32,000 nt of DNA, taken from contig JACRAF010000069.1 of the NCBI GenBank assembly GCA_016213505.1, positions 136,316 to 168,315 on the forward strand, read 5' to 3'. The position numbers and the translations under genes were made by a program. Positions 15,907 to 24,391 of the stretch are shown piece by piece. The notes under the pieces are model-generated. The model saw nothing but the letters and a program-made list of their open reading frames with translations, was not told the DNA's origin and made no database searches. This stretch comes from Devosia nanyangense (GTDB lineage Bacteria > Pseudomonadota > Alphaproteobacteria > Rhizobiales > Devosiaceae). How positions within the stretch are numbered: position 1 is the first letter of the stretch; each line of letters starts with the position of its first letter.

Positions 15907-17385
15907 CTAGATCGCCCGATCCGCGCAGATCGCGTAGTTGCCGGCCCATGGCCGCAGCTGCTCGAACACGGCGCTGGCGGCCAGCACGTCGGCGTCGGCA
16001 TAGCGCCGGCCGATGATCTGCATGCCCACCGGCAACCCGTCGGCGAGGCCGGCGGGAATCGAGGCCGCCGGATGGCCGGTGAAATTGACGGGGTAGGTCA
16101 GGCACCAGCCGATCAGCGGGTCGACGGCCTCGCCGTTGACCTCGCGCGGGCCGAGGGTGTTGCCGTCGGTGCCGTTCCTCACCGGCAGGCAGGCGAGCGT
16201 CGGAGTGACCAGCAGATCATAGGTGCCGAAGGCGCCCTGGATGGCGTCGTAGACGTGCGAGCGCATCTCCTGGTCGCGGCGGAGATCGGCGGCGGTCATC
16301 TTCTGCCCGAGCTCGATCCAGCGCAGATATTCGGGCGGGAAATCGCTGCGGTGATCCCTGAGCAGGTCGAGGCCGCCGGCCTTGACCGCATCGAAGTTAC
16401 CGAGGTTGAGCGGCATCATCAGGCGCGACCAGAGATCGGAAAGCTCGCGCTGGGAGTATGGGATGCCGAGCCGGATGTCTTCGACATGGGCGCCCGCCTC
16501 GGCAAACGCCTCGATGGCGCGCCGGACCACGGCCGCGACCTTGGGATCGACCGGGAACACGTCGAAATCCGGGCTGTAGCCGATCCGCATGCCCTTGATC
16601 GAGCGCTTGAGGGCGCCGAGATAGTCGACGCTCTCATCGAGGCTCAGCGGGTCGCGGGGGTCGTAGCCGCCGAGCGCGGTCATCGCCAGCGCCGCATCCT
16701 CGACGGTGCGGGTGATCGGCCCCTCGAACACGAACGGCAGATCGCCGGAAAACGCATTGGGGCGGACAACCACCGGCACCCGGCCGAACGAGGCCTTGTA
16801 GCCGTAAACGTTGCACCAGGCGGCGGGGATGCGGATGGAGCCGCCGGCGTCGGTGCCCTCGGCAAACGGCAGCAGCCCGTCGGCCACTGCCGCGGCACTG
16901 CCGCCGGAGGAACCGCCGGAATTGCGCGTGGTGTCGAACGGATTTCTGGTCGGGCCGAAGAGGTAGTTGTCGGTGGTGCCGCGGAGGCCCATCACCGGCG
17001 CGTTGGTCTTGCCGACGAGGATGGCGCCCGCTCTCTCGATGCGCTCGGCGAACACGCAGTGAAACTGGGTGGTGTTGTGCTCGAGGGCGCGGACGCCGCC
17101 GAAGGTCGAGGGCCAGCCCGGCTTGAAGTCGAAGAGGTCCTTGATCGCCGAGGGCACGCCGTGCAGGGGGCCGAGCGCATCGCCGCGCATCACCGCGTCC
17201 TCGGCGCTCCGCGCGGACTTGCGGGCGCCGTCGGCATCGAGATGGATGAGCGCGTTGAGACTGGGGTTGCGCGCCTCGATGCGCGCCAACGTCGCCGCCA
17301 TCACCTCGACCGGCGACATCTCGCGGGCGCGGATGCGGCGGGCGATCTCGGCGACGCTCACATAGGCGAAATCGTCCGGCCCCAT
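15907..17385 (-). CDS. Amidase-signature (AS) family amidase
   Basis: 492 aa. 'GVPSAIKDLF' (Lys), 'NSGGSSGGSAAAVA' and 'GTDAGGSIRIPAAWC' form the AS Ser-cisSer-Lys motif. GAGAGG lies 6 nt before the ATG. Confidence 0.92.
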   Translation of the reverse strand: MGPDDFAYVSVAEIARRIRAREMSPVEVMAATLARIEARNPSLNALIHLDADGARKSARSAEDAVMRGDALGPLHGVPSAIKDLFDFKPGWPSTFGGVRALEHNTTQFHCVFAERIERAGAILVGKTNAPVMGLRGTTDNYLFGPTRNPFDTTRNSGGSSGGSAAAVADGLLPFAEGTDAGGSIRIPAAWCNVYGYKASFGRVPVVVRPNAFSGDLPFVFEGPITRTVEDAALAMTALGGYDPRDPLSLDESVDYLGALKRSIKGMRIGYSPDFDVFPVDPKVAAVVRRAIEAFAEAGAHVEDIRLGIPYSQRELSDLWSRLMMPLNLGNFDAVKAGGLDLLRDHRSDFPPEYLRWIELGQKMTAADLRRDQEMRSHVYDAIQGAFGTYDLLVTPTLACLPVRNGTDGNTLGPREVNGEAVDPLIGWCLTYPVNFTGHPAASIPAGLADGLPVGMQIIGRRYADADVLAASAVFEQLRPWAGNYAICADRAI

Positions 17386-17402
17386 GGCGGCCTCTCGGTG
17401 CT

Positions 17403-17744
17403 TCAGTTGCCGAACCAGCCGTCCTTGAGATAGCGCATGTACTCGAAGATCATGCCGTGCTTGCGCACGAACACCACCTCGAGGAAATCGCCGACGATGA
17501 AGGGCGGAATGAGGATCTCGACGCCCTCGAGATGCGGCGCGAGGTCGGTGACGCGATAGGCGACGTGCGGATTATCGCGCACCGCCGCGGGCACCGTGCT
17601 GTCCTCGCGGTAGCGCAGGAACTCGATGTGCTCGGGGTGATGGCGCGGATTGGTGACCCAGATTTTGCTGGCCTCGACCCAATCCTCCTCGGGCTGCGGC
17701 TCAGTGGTGGTGATGCCGATATGATCGAAGACATAGTCCGCCAT
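17403..17744 (-). CDS. Small VOC (glyoxalase/dioxygenase-fold)-like protein, function unknown
   Basis: 113 aa from ATG 17744, with a TGATG overlap with the upstream stop. 'FDHIGITT', 'PHVAYRVTDL' and '...IFEYM' resemble the H/H/E ligand pattern of one VOC module. The assignment is by eye only. Confidence 0.5.
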   Translation of the reverse strand: MADYVFDHIGITTTEPQPEEDWVEASKIWVTNPRHHPEHIEFLRYREDSTVPAAVRDNPHVAYRVTDLAPHLEGVEILIPPFIVGDFLEVVFVRKHGMIFEYMRYLKDGWFGN

Positions 17745-18745
17745 CAGCCGATCCTCACCAGACTGCCGGTGCGGGCGGATTCCTCGGCGGCGAGCGTCGC
17801 CTCGAGCGCGGCGGTGGCGTCCTCGGGGATGCCGATCGCCGGCTGCTTGGCGGTGAGCGCACAATCGGCGAAATAGGCGAATTCGTCGCGCAGCGCGCCG
17901 CCGCGAACGCCGTCGAACATCGGCCAGTAGGTGGTATCGGGCGAGTGCAGCTTGCCGGCATCGACGATGCCGAGGTTGGGGAAGGTATCCTGGACGTGGA
18001 TGATGCCATCGGTGCCGATGATCGACATGCGCTCATCGATGTCGAACGGCGTTTTATCAGGCATGCACCAGACGGTCTCGAGCGTGGCGGTGGCGCCGCC
18101 CTTGAAGCGGAACATGGTCTGGCCGATGTCGGGGTGTTTGAGGCCGCGCACGTCGACGGTCTGGGCATAGGCCGAGACGATCGAGTCGCCGGTCAGCCAG
18201 AGCATGATGTCGGTGTCGTGGATGGCGTCGCCGACGATCGGGCCGATCTTGTTGAGGATGGTCGGGGTCCAGGCGGCGGGGATATTGCGGCGCGACGACA
18301 GCGCCACGATCCTGCCGATGCGGCCGGCGTCGATCGCCTGCTTGGCCATGCGGTAGCGCGGATTGAAGCGGACGATGTGGCCGATGAACAGGATGCCCTT
18401 GGCGCCCTTCGAGGCGGCCGTGATCGCCCTTGCGTCGGCCACCGTGGAGGCGATCGGCTTTTCGAGGAAGACGTGCTTGCCGGCCTTGAGCGCGGCGATC
18501 GCCGGTTCGGTGTGCTGGTCCCACATGGTGCAGATCGACACCGCGTCGATCTCGGGATCGGCGAGCATGTCGCGGTAGTCGCGGTAGAGTTTCTCGACGC
18601 CGAACTTTTCGCCCATGGCCTTGAGCCGGTCGGGGGTGCGCGTGCACAGCGCCTTGAGCTCGAGGTTCGGCACCCCGGCGATGGTCTCGGCGTGGATTTC
18701 GCCGAACCAGCCCAGGCCAATGATTCCGATACGCAGACGATCCAT
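17744..18745 (-). CDS. Gfo/Idh/MocA-family NAD(P)-dependent oxidoreductase
   Basis: 333 aa. Rossmann motif 'RIGIIGLGWFG' and the family 'VFLEKPIA' (EKP) motif. GAGGGGA lies before the ATG. Confidence 0.9.
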   Translation of the reverse strand: MDRLRIGIIGLGWFGEIHAETIAGVPNLELKALCTRTPDRLKAMGEKFGVEKLYRDYRDMLADPEIDAVSICTMWDQHTEPAIAALKAGKHVFLEKPIASTVADARAITAASKGAKGILFIGHIVRFNPRYRMAKQAIDAGRIGRIVALSSRRNIPAAWTPTILNKIGPIVGDAIHDTDIMLWLTGDSIVSAYAQTVDVRGLKHPDIGQTMFRFKGGATATLETVWCMPDKTPFDIDERMSIIGTDGIIHVQDTFPNLGIVDAGKLHSPDTTYWPMFDGVRGGALRDEFAYFADCALTAKQPAIGIPEDATAALEATLAAEESARTGSLVRIG

Positions 18746-18756
18746 GGTTGTTCCCC

Positions 18757-19536
18757 TCAGAAGTCTTCGAGCGTCAGCTCACGCGCCATCACGATGTTGC
18801 CGGCGCTCAACCCGCAATCGACCGGGATCACCGCGCCGGTTACGGCACTCGCCATATCGGAGGCGAGGAAGGCGATGACCCGCGCCACCTCGGCCGGCTC
18901 GACGATGCGGCCGAGCGGATACCAGCGCTCCAGCACCTCGAGGACTTTGGGGTCCTTGGCCGCCCGCTGGTCCCAGAGGGGCGTCCGCACCGTGCCGGGC
19001 AGCACGATATTGGCGCGGATGTTGTAGCGGCCATATTCGAGCGCGATGGCCTTGGTCATGGCGACCATGCCGGCCTTGCCGGCGCTGTAGGCGGGGTCGC
19101 CCAAGGCAAGCAGAGCGTTGACCGAGCCGACATTGACGATCGCGCCGCCGCGGCGGGCCACCATCTGCGGCAGCACCGCGTGGGCGCAATTGTAGGCGCC
19201 GTTGAGATTGGCGTTGACCTCGGCCTGCCAGCTCGCCGGATCGGTTCCGGCGAGGGTCGGGTGCTTCGAGCCGCCGGCATTGTTGATGAGGATGTGGACC
19301 TCCGCGAACCCGGCGAACGCCTCGGCGACCGATGCCGCCGAGCCGATCTCGGCCACCGCGGCGTGCGCGGCGTAGCCTTCCTCCCGGAGCTCCGTGGCGA
19401 AATCCATCACTGCCGGGCTGCGGTCGATCAGCGCCAGGGCGGCGCCGGCTTCGGCAAAGAAGCGGCACAGCGGACGGCCGATGCCGCCGGCGGCGCCGGT
19501 GATGGCGATGGTCTTGCCGTCGAACCTTTCGCTCAT
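18757..19536 (-). CDS. Short-chain dehydrogenase/reductase (SDR)
   Basis: 259 aa. 'TGAAGGIG', 'NNAG' and 'YSAGKAG' (YxxxK). ATGA overlap with the upstream gene. The ORF-track 519-aa version is an out-of-context extension. Confidence 0.92.
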   Translation of the reverse strand: MSERFDGKTIAITGAAGGIGRPLCRFFAEAGAALALIDRSPAVMDFATELREEGYAAHAAVAEIGSAASVAEAFAGFAEVHILINNAGGSKHPTLAGTDPASWQAEVNANLNGAYNCAHAVLPQMVARRGGAIVNVGSVNALLALGDPAYSAGKAGMVAMTKAIALEYGRYNIRANIVLPGTVRTPLWDQRAAKDPKVLEVLERWYPLGRIVEPAEVARVIAFLASDMASAVTGAVIPVDCGLSAGNIVMARELTLEDF

Positions 19537-20711
19537 GCGGCCCCCCTCAGCGCGTCGCCGATCCAGTTCAGGTTCGCCTGGCGCAAATGTCCCCAATTGT
19601 AGAACGCCACCTCGTCGACGCCGCCCGCCTGCAGCGCCTCGACGGCAGCGACGAACTCGCCCTTGCTGGCAAGATCGGGGTGCGAGGGCCTGAGGATGCC
19701 GCGCAGTCTGCCCGTCCCCAGCATCCGCCGGCGGATGTCGAACAGGTCGGCCTTCACCCGCATGGCGCTCGGCTCGTAAAAGCAGGCCTCGATGATGCCG
19801 GTGGTTTCGGCCAGTGCATGGAGGTCGCTGCCCTCGTACCAGGCGCCGCCGGTCGGCCGCGCCACCGAGGGGATGACGGCGACGTGCGCGTCCTTGCGGA
19901 CCGCGGCGCGGATTTCGCCGACCAAAGACGTGACCACGGAGCTGCGGAAATCGAGGTAGCGGCGGAGGTCGCCATCGGCGACGATGTCGGCGCGCCAGAA
20001 CGCCTCGGCCATGTCGGCGGGCAAATCGATGTCGCTGTCGAGATAGGCGGCGATATCGGCCGCGACCTGGGTCTTGAGCCGGCGCGCCTCGATCCCGGCC
20101 CGCTCCGCGGCGGCGACGCACTGGTCGCAGAAGCACAGCCCGAGCAGGTTCTCCAGCCAGATGTTCGACTTCATCAGCGCAAATTCGTGGTGGAAGCCGT
20201 GCGCATAGGGGGCGAAGCCCGGCGCTTCGACGGAGATGCCGGCGATCGGATAGCTCTCGGTGACATCGCGGGCGAGGCCGACAGCATAGGCGCGCGCCTC
20301 GGGGGCGGAGGGGCACAGATTGTAGAAATAGGGGTCGCCGAAGGCGTTGCGGACCACCGCGTCGGGGTGCGCCATGCCCAGCCGCGTATTGTGCAGCAGC
20401 ACCAGCCAGACATTGGTCGCCATGCCGCTGGTGTCGGTCAGCTCACGCAGGATGTCGCGGTCGCCCAGCAGGCTGTTGGCCACCGGTTTGATGGCGCCGT
20501 AGCGCGCCGGATCGGCGTTGAAATAGACGGTGCCGTCTTCGGGGAAATAGACCTTGCCGGTCTTGCCGTGAGGCCTGAGGAACTTGCCGGCGTGATAGCT
20601 GCCGGCGATGGTCACCGTGTCGAGCCCCAGCTTGCGGAACCCGTCCGCGGCGGCCGCGACGCCGGTCTCGGCGAGGTCCCAGGCGTAGGTGTAGATGGCC
20701 TTGTAGCTCAT
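19533..20711 (-). CDS. Conserved-looking hypothetical protein, 392 aa, cytoplasmic; possible glycoside-hydrolase-like TIM barrel with a Cys4 site
   Basis: Clean ORF with GAGGCAGG before the ATG and no signal peptide. Cys133 ('NLCPSAPE') plus 'C193-F-C195-D-Q-C198'. I recognise no family with confidence. Confidence 0.6.
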   Translation of the reverse strand: MSYKAIYTYAWDLAETGVAAAADGFRKLGLDTVTIAGSYHAGKFLRPHGKTGKVYFPEDGTVYFNADPARYGAIKPVANSLLGDRDILRELTDTSGMATNVWLVLLHNTRLGMAHPDAVVRNAFGDPYFYNLCPSAPEARAYAVGLARDVTESYPIAGISVEAPGFAPYAHGFHHEFALMKSNIWLENLLGLCFCDQCVAAAERAGIEARRLKTQVAADIAAYLDSDIDLPADMAEAFWRADIVADGDLRRYLDFRSSVVTSLVGEIRAAVRKDAHVAVIPSVARPTGGAWYEGSDLHALAETTGIIEACFYEPSAMRVKADLFDIRRRMLGTGRLRGILRPSHPDLASKGEFVAAVEALQAGGVDEVAFYNWGHLRQANLNWIGDALRGAA

Positions 20712-20723
20712 CGCGGGCCTGCC

Positions 20724-21935
20724 TCAGTGCTGATGGTCATGCGCATGCGCGCCGATGAACGGCGCCTCGAAAGGGCGCTGGGCGAGTTCCACCTCGGCGC
20801 CGCCGAGATAGCACGCAACCGGCTGCAGCAGCGTCGTGCCCTGCCGGCTCACGCCGACGACATCGGTGAACACATAGTCGGAGGCGACTTCGCGCAGCAC
20901 GGTGATATCGGCGGGCGCGCCGGCGCCGAGGTGGCCGAGGTCGGGCCGGCGCACGGCCAGCGCCGGACGGCTCGTCGACATGCCGATGATTTCGGCCAGC
21001 GGCAGGCCGCAATTGTGCAGCTTGCTCATGGTGTGGACCAGATCGAAGCCGGGCCCCTCGATCGAGACGACGTGGACGTCGCTCGAGATCAGGTCGGGCG
21101 GAAAGTTGTCGCCGATCGCGGCCTCGGCGCTGGCATAGCCGAAGGCGCCCATGCCGTGGGCGATGTCGAACAGCACGCCGCGTTCCCGCGCGGCGCGCAC
21201 CTCGGGCAGGATTTTGCCGTCGGCGCCGAGCGCCGAGTTCGGATCGGGGCGATAGCAGTGGGTCAGGATGTCGCCGGGGCGCAGCAGCGAGACCACCTCG
21301 GCATAGCTCGGCGGCGGGCCGCCGATATGGGCCATCAGCGGCAGGTCGGTCGCTTCGGCGGCCTCGAGCGCGAGGTGGAGCGCGCCCAGACCTAGATCGC
21401 CCGTCGCCAGCCCGCCGATGCGGACCTTCACGCCGATGATGCGATCGCGGTTGGCTTCGATCTTGGCCACGCAGCGGTCGACCGGCAGCATTTCTGCCAG
21501 CGTCGCCTCGCCGATGAACAGGCCTTTGTCGAAGCCGAAGATGCCGGGAAAGGAGATGTTGAGGAAGGCGAGGATGCGATAGGGCGAGTGCGCCATCACG
21601 TAGTCGCGTAGGCCGTCATAGTTGCCGGCGCCGGCGCTGCCGGCATCGATCAGCGTGGTGATCCCGCCGCGCCGCGCGACGAGGCCAGGGTCGACGCTGA
21701 GCGAGGTCGCCTTGTGGTAGACGTGGGTGTGGATGTCGATGAGGCCGGGCGCCACGATGCAGCCGCTCACGTCGCTGGTCCGGGTCGCGGCGGCGGCGAT
21801 ATGTTGGCCAACGGCGACGATCCTGCCGTCCTTGATCGCCACATCGAAGAGGCCATCGATGCCGTGGCGCTCGTCGATCACCCGTCCTCCCTTAAGGATG
21901 AGGTCGACGCTCGCGCCGGTCGCTTGCTCAGTCAT
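20724..21935 (-). CDS. Amidohydrolase-superfamily metallohydrolase (amidohydrolase/deacetylase, COG3964-like; often mis-annotated as dihydroorotase)
   Basis: 403 aa. N-terminal 'LILKGGRVID', 'AIKDGRIVAVG' and 'GLIDIHTHVY' (HxH metal motif). GGAG lies 7 nt before the ATG. Confidence 0.85.
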   Translation of the reverse strand: MTEQATGASVDLILKGGRVIDERHGIDGLFDVAIKDGRIVAVGQHIAAAATRTSDVSGCIVAPGLIDIHTHVYHKATSLSVDPGLVARRGGITTLIDAGSAGAGNYDGLRDYVMAHSPYRILAFLNISFPGIFGFDKGLFIGEATLAEMLPVDRCVAKIEANRDRIIGVKVRIGGLATGDLGLGALHLALEAAEATDLPLMAHIGGPPPSYAEVVSLLRPGDILTHCYRPDPNSALGADGKILPEVRAARERGVLFDIAHGMGAFGYASAEAAIGDNFPPDLISSDVHVVSIEGPGFDLVHTMSKLHNCGLPLAEIIGMSTSRPALAVRRPDLGHLGAGAPADITVLREVASDYVFTDVVGVSRQGTTLLQPVACYLGGAEVELAQRPFEAPFIGAHAHDHQH

Positions 21936-22001
21936 TCACGTCTCCGGTTGGACGCGAGGGGCGGGCCGTCTGCCCGCTGCCCCGCGACGGGCTGCGGCTC
22001 G

Positions 22002-23078
22002 TCAGGCGAGCACGACCACCCGCTCTTCGTTGATACTCTGCTCGGCGGCGAGCACGATGCGCAGGCTGTTCACCGCCGCGTCCATCTGCGTGCCGAGGTC
22101 GAGGTCCTCGTTGATGGCCTTGAGGAAGAAGGCCTGCTCGCGATCGCAGAGCTCCTGGTGACCGGGCTCGTCGGTCATGGTGAAGATCTCGTCCTTGCGA
22201 AGGAAGTTCCTGTCGGGCCCGACTTCGGCGTGGTGGTACTGGATCGCATCGGTCTTGGTGTGCTGGTCGATATTGGACGAATCCGACACGCCGTCCTTGT
22301 GCGCCTTGGGGTTGGGGACGATGGAGACGGCGCCCTTGGGGCCCACCACGTCCTTCACGAAATAGGCCACTTCGCTCATCATCGGACCCCAGCCGGCTTC
22401 GTACCAGCCGACCGAACCATCATCGAAGGTGACGTGGAGGTGCCCGTAGTTCGGCTTGTCCGCCTCGGCCCAGAGCTTGGCGCCGATGCCGTGCACGCGC
22501 ACCGGCTTGGCGCCGGTCAGCTGGCACATCACATCGACATAGTGCACGCCGCAATCGACGATCGGGATCAGCGAGTCGATGAGGTTCTTGTGCCAGTCAT
22601 AGGTCGGCCCGCCGCTCTGCTGGTTGAGGTTGAGCCGCATCACCAAAGGCTTGCCCAGCGTCTGGCCCAGCTCGATGAACTTCATCCACGAGGGGTGGAC
22701 GCGCAGGATATAGCCGAGCACCAGCTTGCGCTTTTTGGCGCGAGCCACGGCGACGACCTTTTCGGCGTCCTCGATGGTGGTGGCGATGGGCTTTTCCATG
22801 AATACATGGGCGCCGGCGTTCATCGCCTTGATGGCGTATTCGGCATGGCTGTTGGGCCAGGAATTGATCGAGACCGCATCGGGCTTGGTGACCCGCAGCG
22901 CCTCGTCGAAATCCTCGAACAGCGGATAGCCCTTCAGCTCCGCTGGAATCGTCTTCTCCTTGATCGACCGGCTCATCAGCCCGACGATCTCAAAGCCCGG
23001 GTTGCGATGGTAGGCGCTGGCGTGCGAGGCGCCCATATTGCCCAGTCCCACGACCAATACTTTCACCTTGGCGGCCAT
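22002..23078 (-). CDS. Gfo/Idh/MocA-family NAD(P)-dependent oxidoreductase
   Basis: 358 aa. 'KVLVVGLGNMG' and 'VFMEKPIA'. GGGGAGAG lies before the ATG. Confidence 0.9.
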   Translation of the reverse strand: MAAKVKVLVVGLGNMGASHASAYHRNPGFEIVGLMSRSIKEKTIPAELKGYPLFEDFDEALRVTKPDAVSINSWPNSHAEYAIKAMNAGAHVFMEKPIATTIEDAEKVVAVARAKKRKLVLGYILRVHPSWMKFIELGQTLGKPLVMRLNLNQQSGGPTYDWHKNLIDSLIPIVDCGVHYVDVMCQLTGAKPVRVHGIGAKLWAEADKPNYGHLHVTFDDGSVGWYEAGWGPMMSEVAYFVKDVVGPKGAVSIVPNPKAHKDGVSDSSNIDQHTKTDAIQYHHAEVGPDRNFLRKDEIFTMTDEPGHQELCDREQAFFLKAINEDLDLGTQMDAAVNSLRIVLAAEQSINEERVVVLA

Positions 23079-23108
23079 CCGGCTCTCCCCATCAGCTTGT
23101 TCTCGTGA

Positions 23109-23138
23109 GATGCGGGCGGCGGCGAGGCCACCCGCATC
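23109..23138 (-). other. Stem-loop (8-bp perfect stem GATGCGGG/CCCGCATC, 14-nt loop) just downstream of the binding-protein gene
   Basis: Inverted repeat read directly. No U-tract. Confidence 0.3.
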
Positions 23139-23156
23139 GTTCGTCAGGGTTCGCGA

Positions 23157-24323
23157 TCAGCCTTTGACGGCCTGGTCGAACAGATGCGCCTTCACGTCGG
23201 CGATATTGACCTTGGCGAAGGCCTCGGAGACCGGATAGGCCTCCGCGTCCGCCTTGATCTTGTCGTGATCGAAGTCATTGGCCGCGGCGATGCAGGCGTT
23301 GGAGCAGACGTCTTCGGCCTTGATCGGCTTGCTGATCTGCTTGAGTGCGAGCAACTGATCGAAGAAGGTCTGCCAGGCGGCCATGTTGTGGTCGCCCCAG
23401 CCGGCGCGCTTGGACATGTCGCCGCGCACGACGTTGATCTGCTGCAGGATCGAGGTCGCGCCGAGTTCCGGCCCGATGTTGGTGGCGAGCGTCGGGAACT
23501 GCTCGAACACCGCTTCCACCGCGGCCATCGGGTTGTGATACGAGAACTCCAACCCCATCGACCAGGCACGCAGGTACTTGTCGAGGAAGGCCTTGCGATC
23601 GGGATCGTCGAGATCGGCGGCACGCACCACATAGGTGTTGGCAAACAGCGGCGAGCGCTGCACGCCGAGCCAGTACTCGAAATCGAGGCCGCTGCCGATC
23701 CACTCGGCACGCAGACCCTCCCAGGCGAGGGCGGCGTCACCCTGGCCGGAGGCGAGCGCGGTGCCCCAGGTGGGCCAGCCGGCTTCGACGTATTTCACCT
23801 TCGAGATATCGACACCGTGCACGGCGAGCATCGGATCGACGATCGACTGCCACGCGGCGGAGCCGAGCAGGATGGTCTTGCCCTCGAGCTGCTTGAGATC
23901 GTTGGTGCCCTCGCCCTTGCGGAACGCAAGGCTGAAGGTGTCGAGCGCGCCCCAGTGGAACGCCGATTTGAGCTTCATGCCGTTTTCGAGCGCGAACGAG
24001 AAAATGCCCGGCGACGGAAAGCCCATATCGGCCTGGCCGACATCGACGAACTTCACTGTGGCGGTGCCGTCCGACGGGCCCGGCTGCATCTCGGTCTGAA
24101 CGCCGAGATCGTCGAAATAGCCCAGCTTCTTGCCCATCCAGTAGCCGAAATCGTCGAGCACCTCGAGCGTGCCACGCGGCGAGATCCACGTGAACTTCGA
24201 GTACGGTTCGGCCAAGGCGCGGCCGACCGAGCCGAACACGGTGGCGGTTACGACGCCCGCGGCGCTGACCTGGAGGAAGGTCCGGCGGTTGAGGCCGGGC
24301 AATCTGGACGTGAATTCAGTCAT
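23157..24323 (-). CDS. NitT/TauT-family ABC transporter substrate-binding protein (NMT1/THI5-like) with twin-arginine signal
   Basis: ATG 24323 is preceded by GGGGAGACTGAT. The N-terminus 'MTEFTSRLPGLNRRTFLQVSAAGVVTATVFGSVGRALA' carries an RRxFL Tat motif. Confidence 0.8.
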   Translation of the reverse strand: MTEFTSRLPGLNRRTFLQVSAAGVVTATVFGSVGRALAEPYSKFTWISPRGTLEVLDDFGYWMGKKLGYFDDLGVQTEMQPGPSDGTATVKFVDVGQADMGFPSPGIFSFALENGMKLKSAFHWGALDTFSLAFRKGEGTNDLKQLEGKTILLGSAAWQSIVDPMLAVHGVDISKVKYVEAGWPTWGTALASGQGDAALAWEGLRAEWIGSGLDFEYWLGVQRSPLFANTYVVRAADLDDPDRKAFLDKYLRAWSMGLEFSYHNPMAAVEAVFEQFPTLATNIGPELGATSILQQINVVRGDMSKRAGWGDHNMAAWQTFFDQLLALKQISKPIKAEDVCSNACIAAANDFDHDKIKADAEAYPVSEAFAKVNIADVKAHLFDQAVKG

Positions 24324-24359
24324 ATCAGTCTCCCCTGTTGAGTTCTTCTTGTTCGCGTG

Positions 24360-24385
24360 CACCCGCTCCGTCCCCGGCGCGGGTG
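24360..24385 (-). other. Stem-loop (7-bp stem CACCCGC/GCGGGTG, 12-nt loop) between the permease and binding-protein genes
   Basis: Inverted repeat read directly. Confidence 0.25.
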
Positions 24386-24391
24386 GTCTAG

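Noticed and set aside
19587-21395. 602-aa ORF on the plus strand
   Set aside because: It lies antisense to the 392-aa hypothetical and amidohydrolase genes, which have good SD sequences and operon-consistent spacing. The product has a shadow-frame composition rich in Gly, Arg, Asp and Ala.
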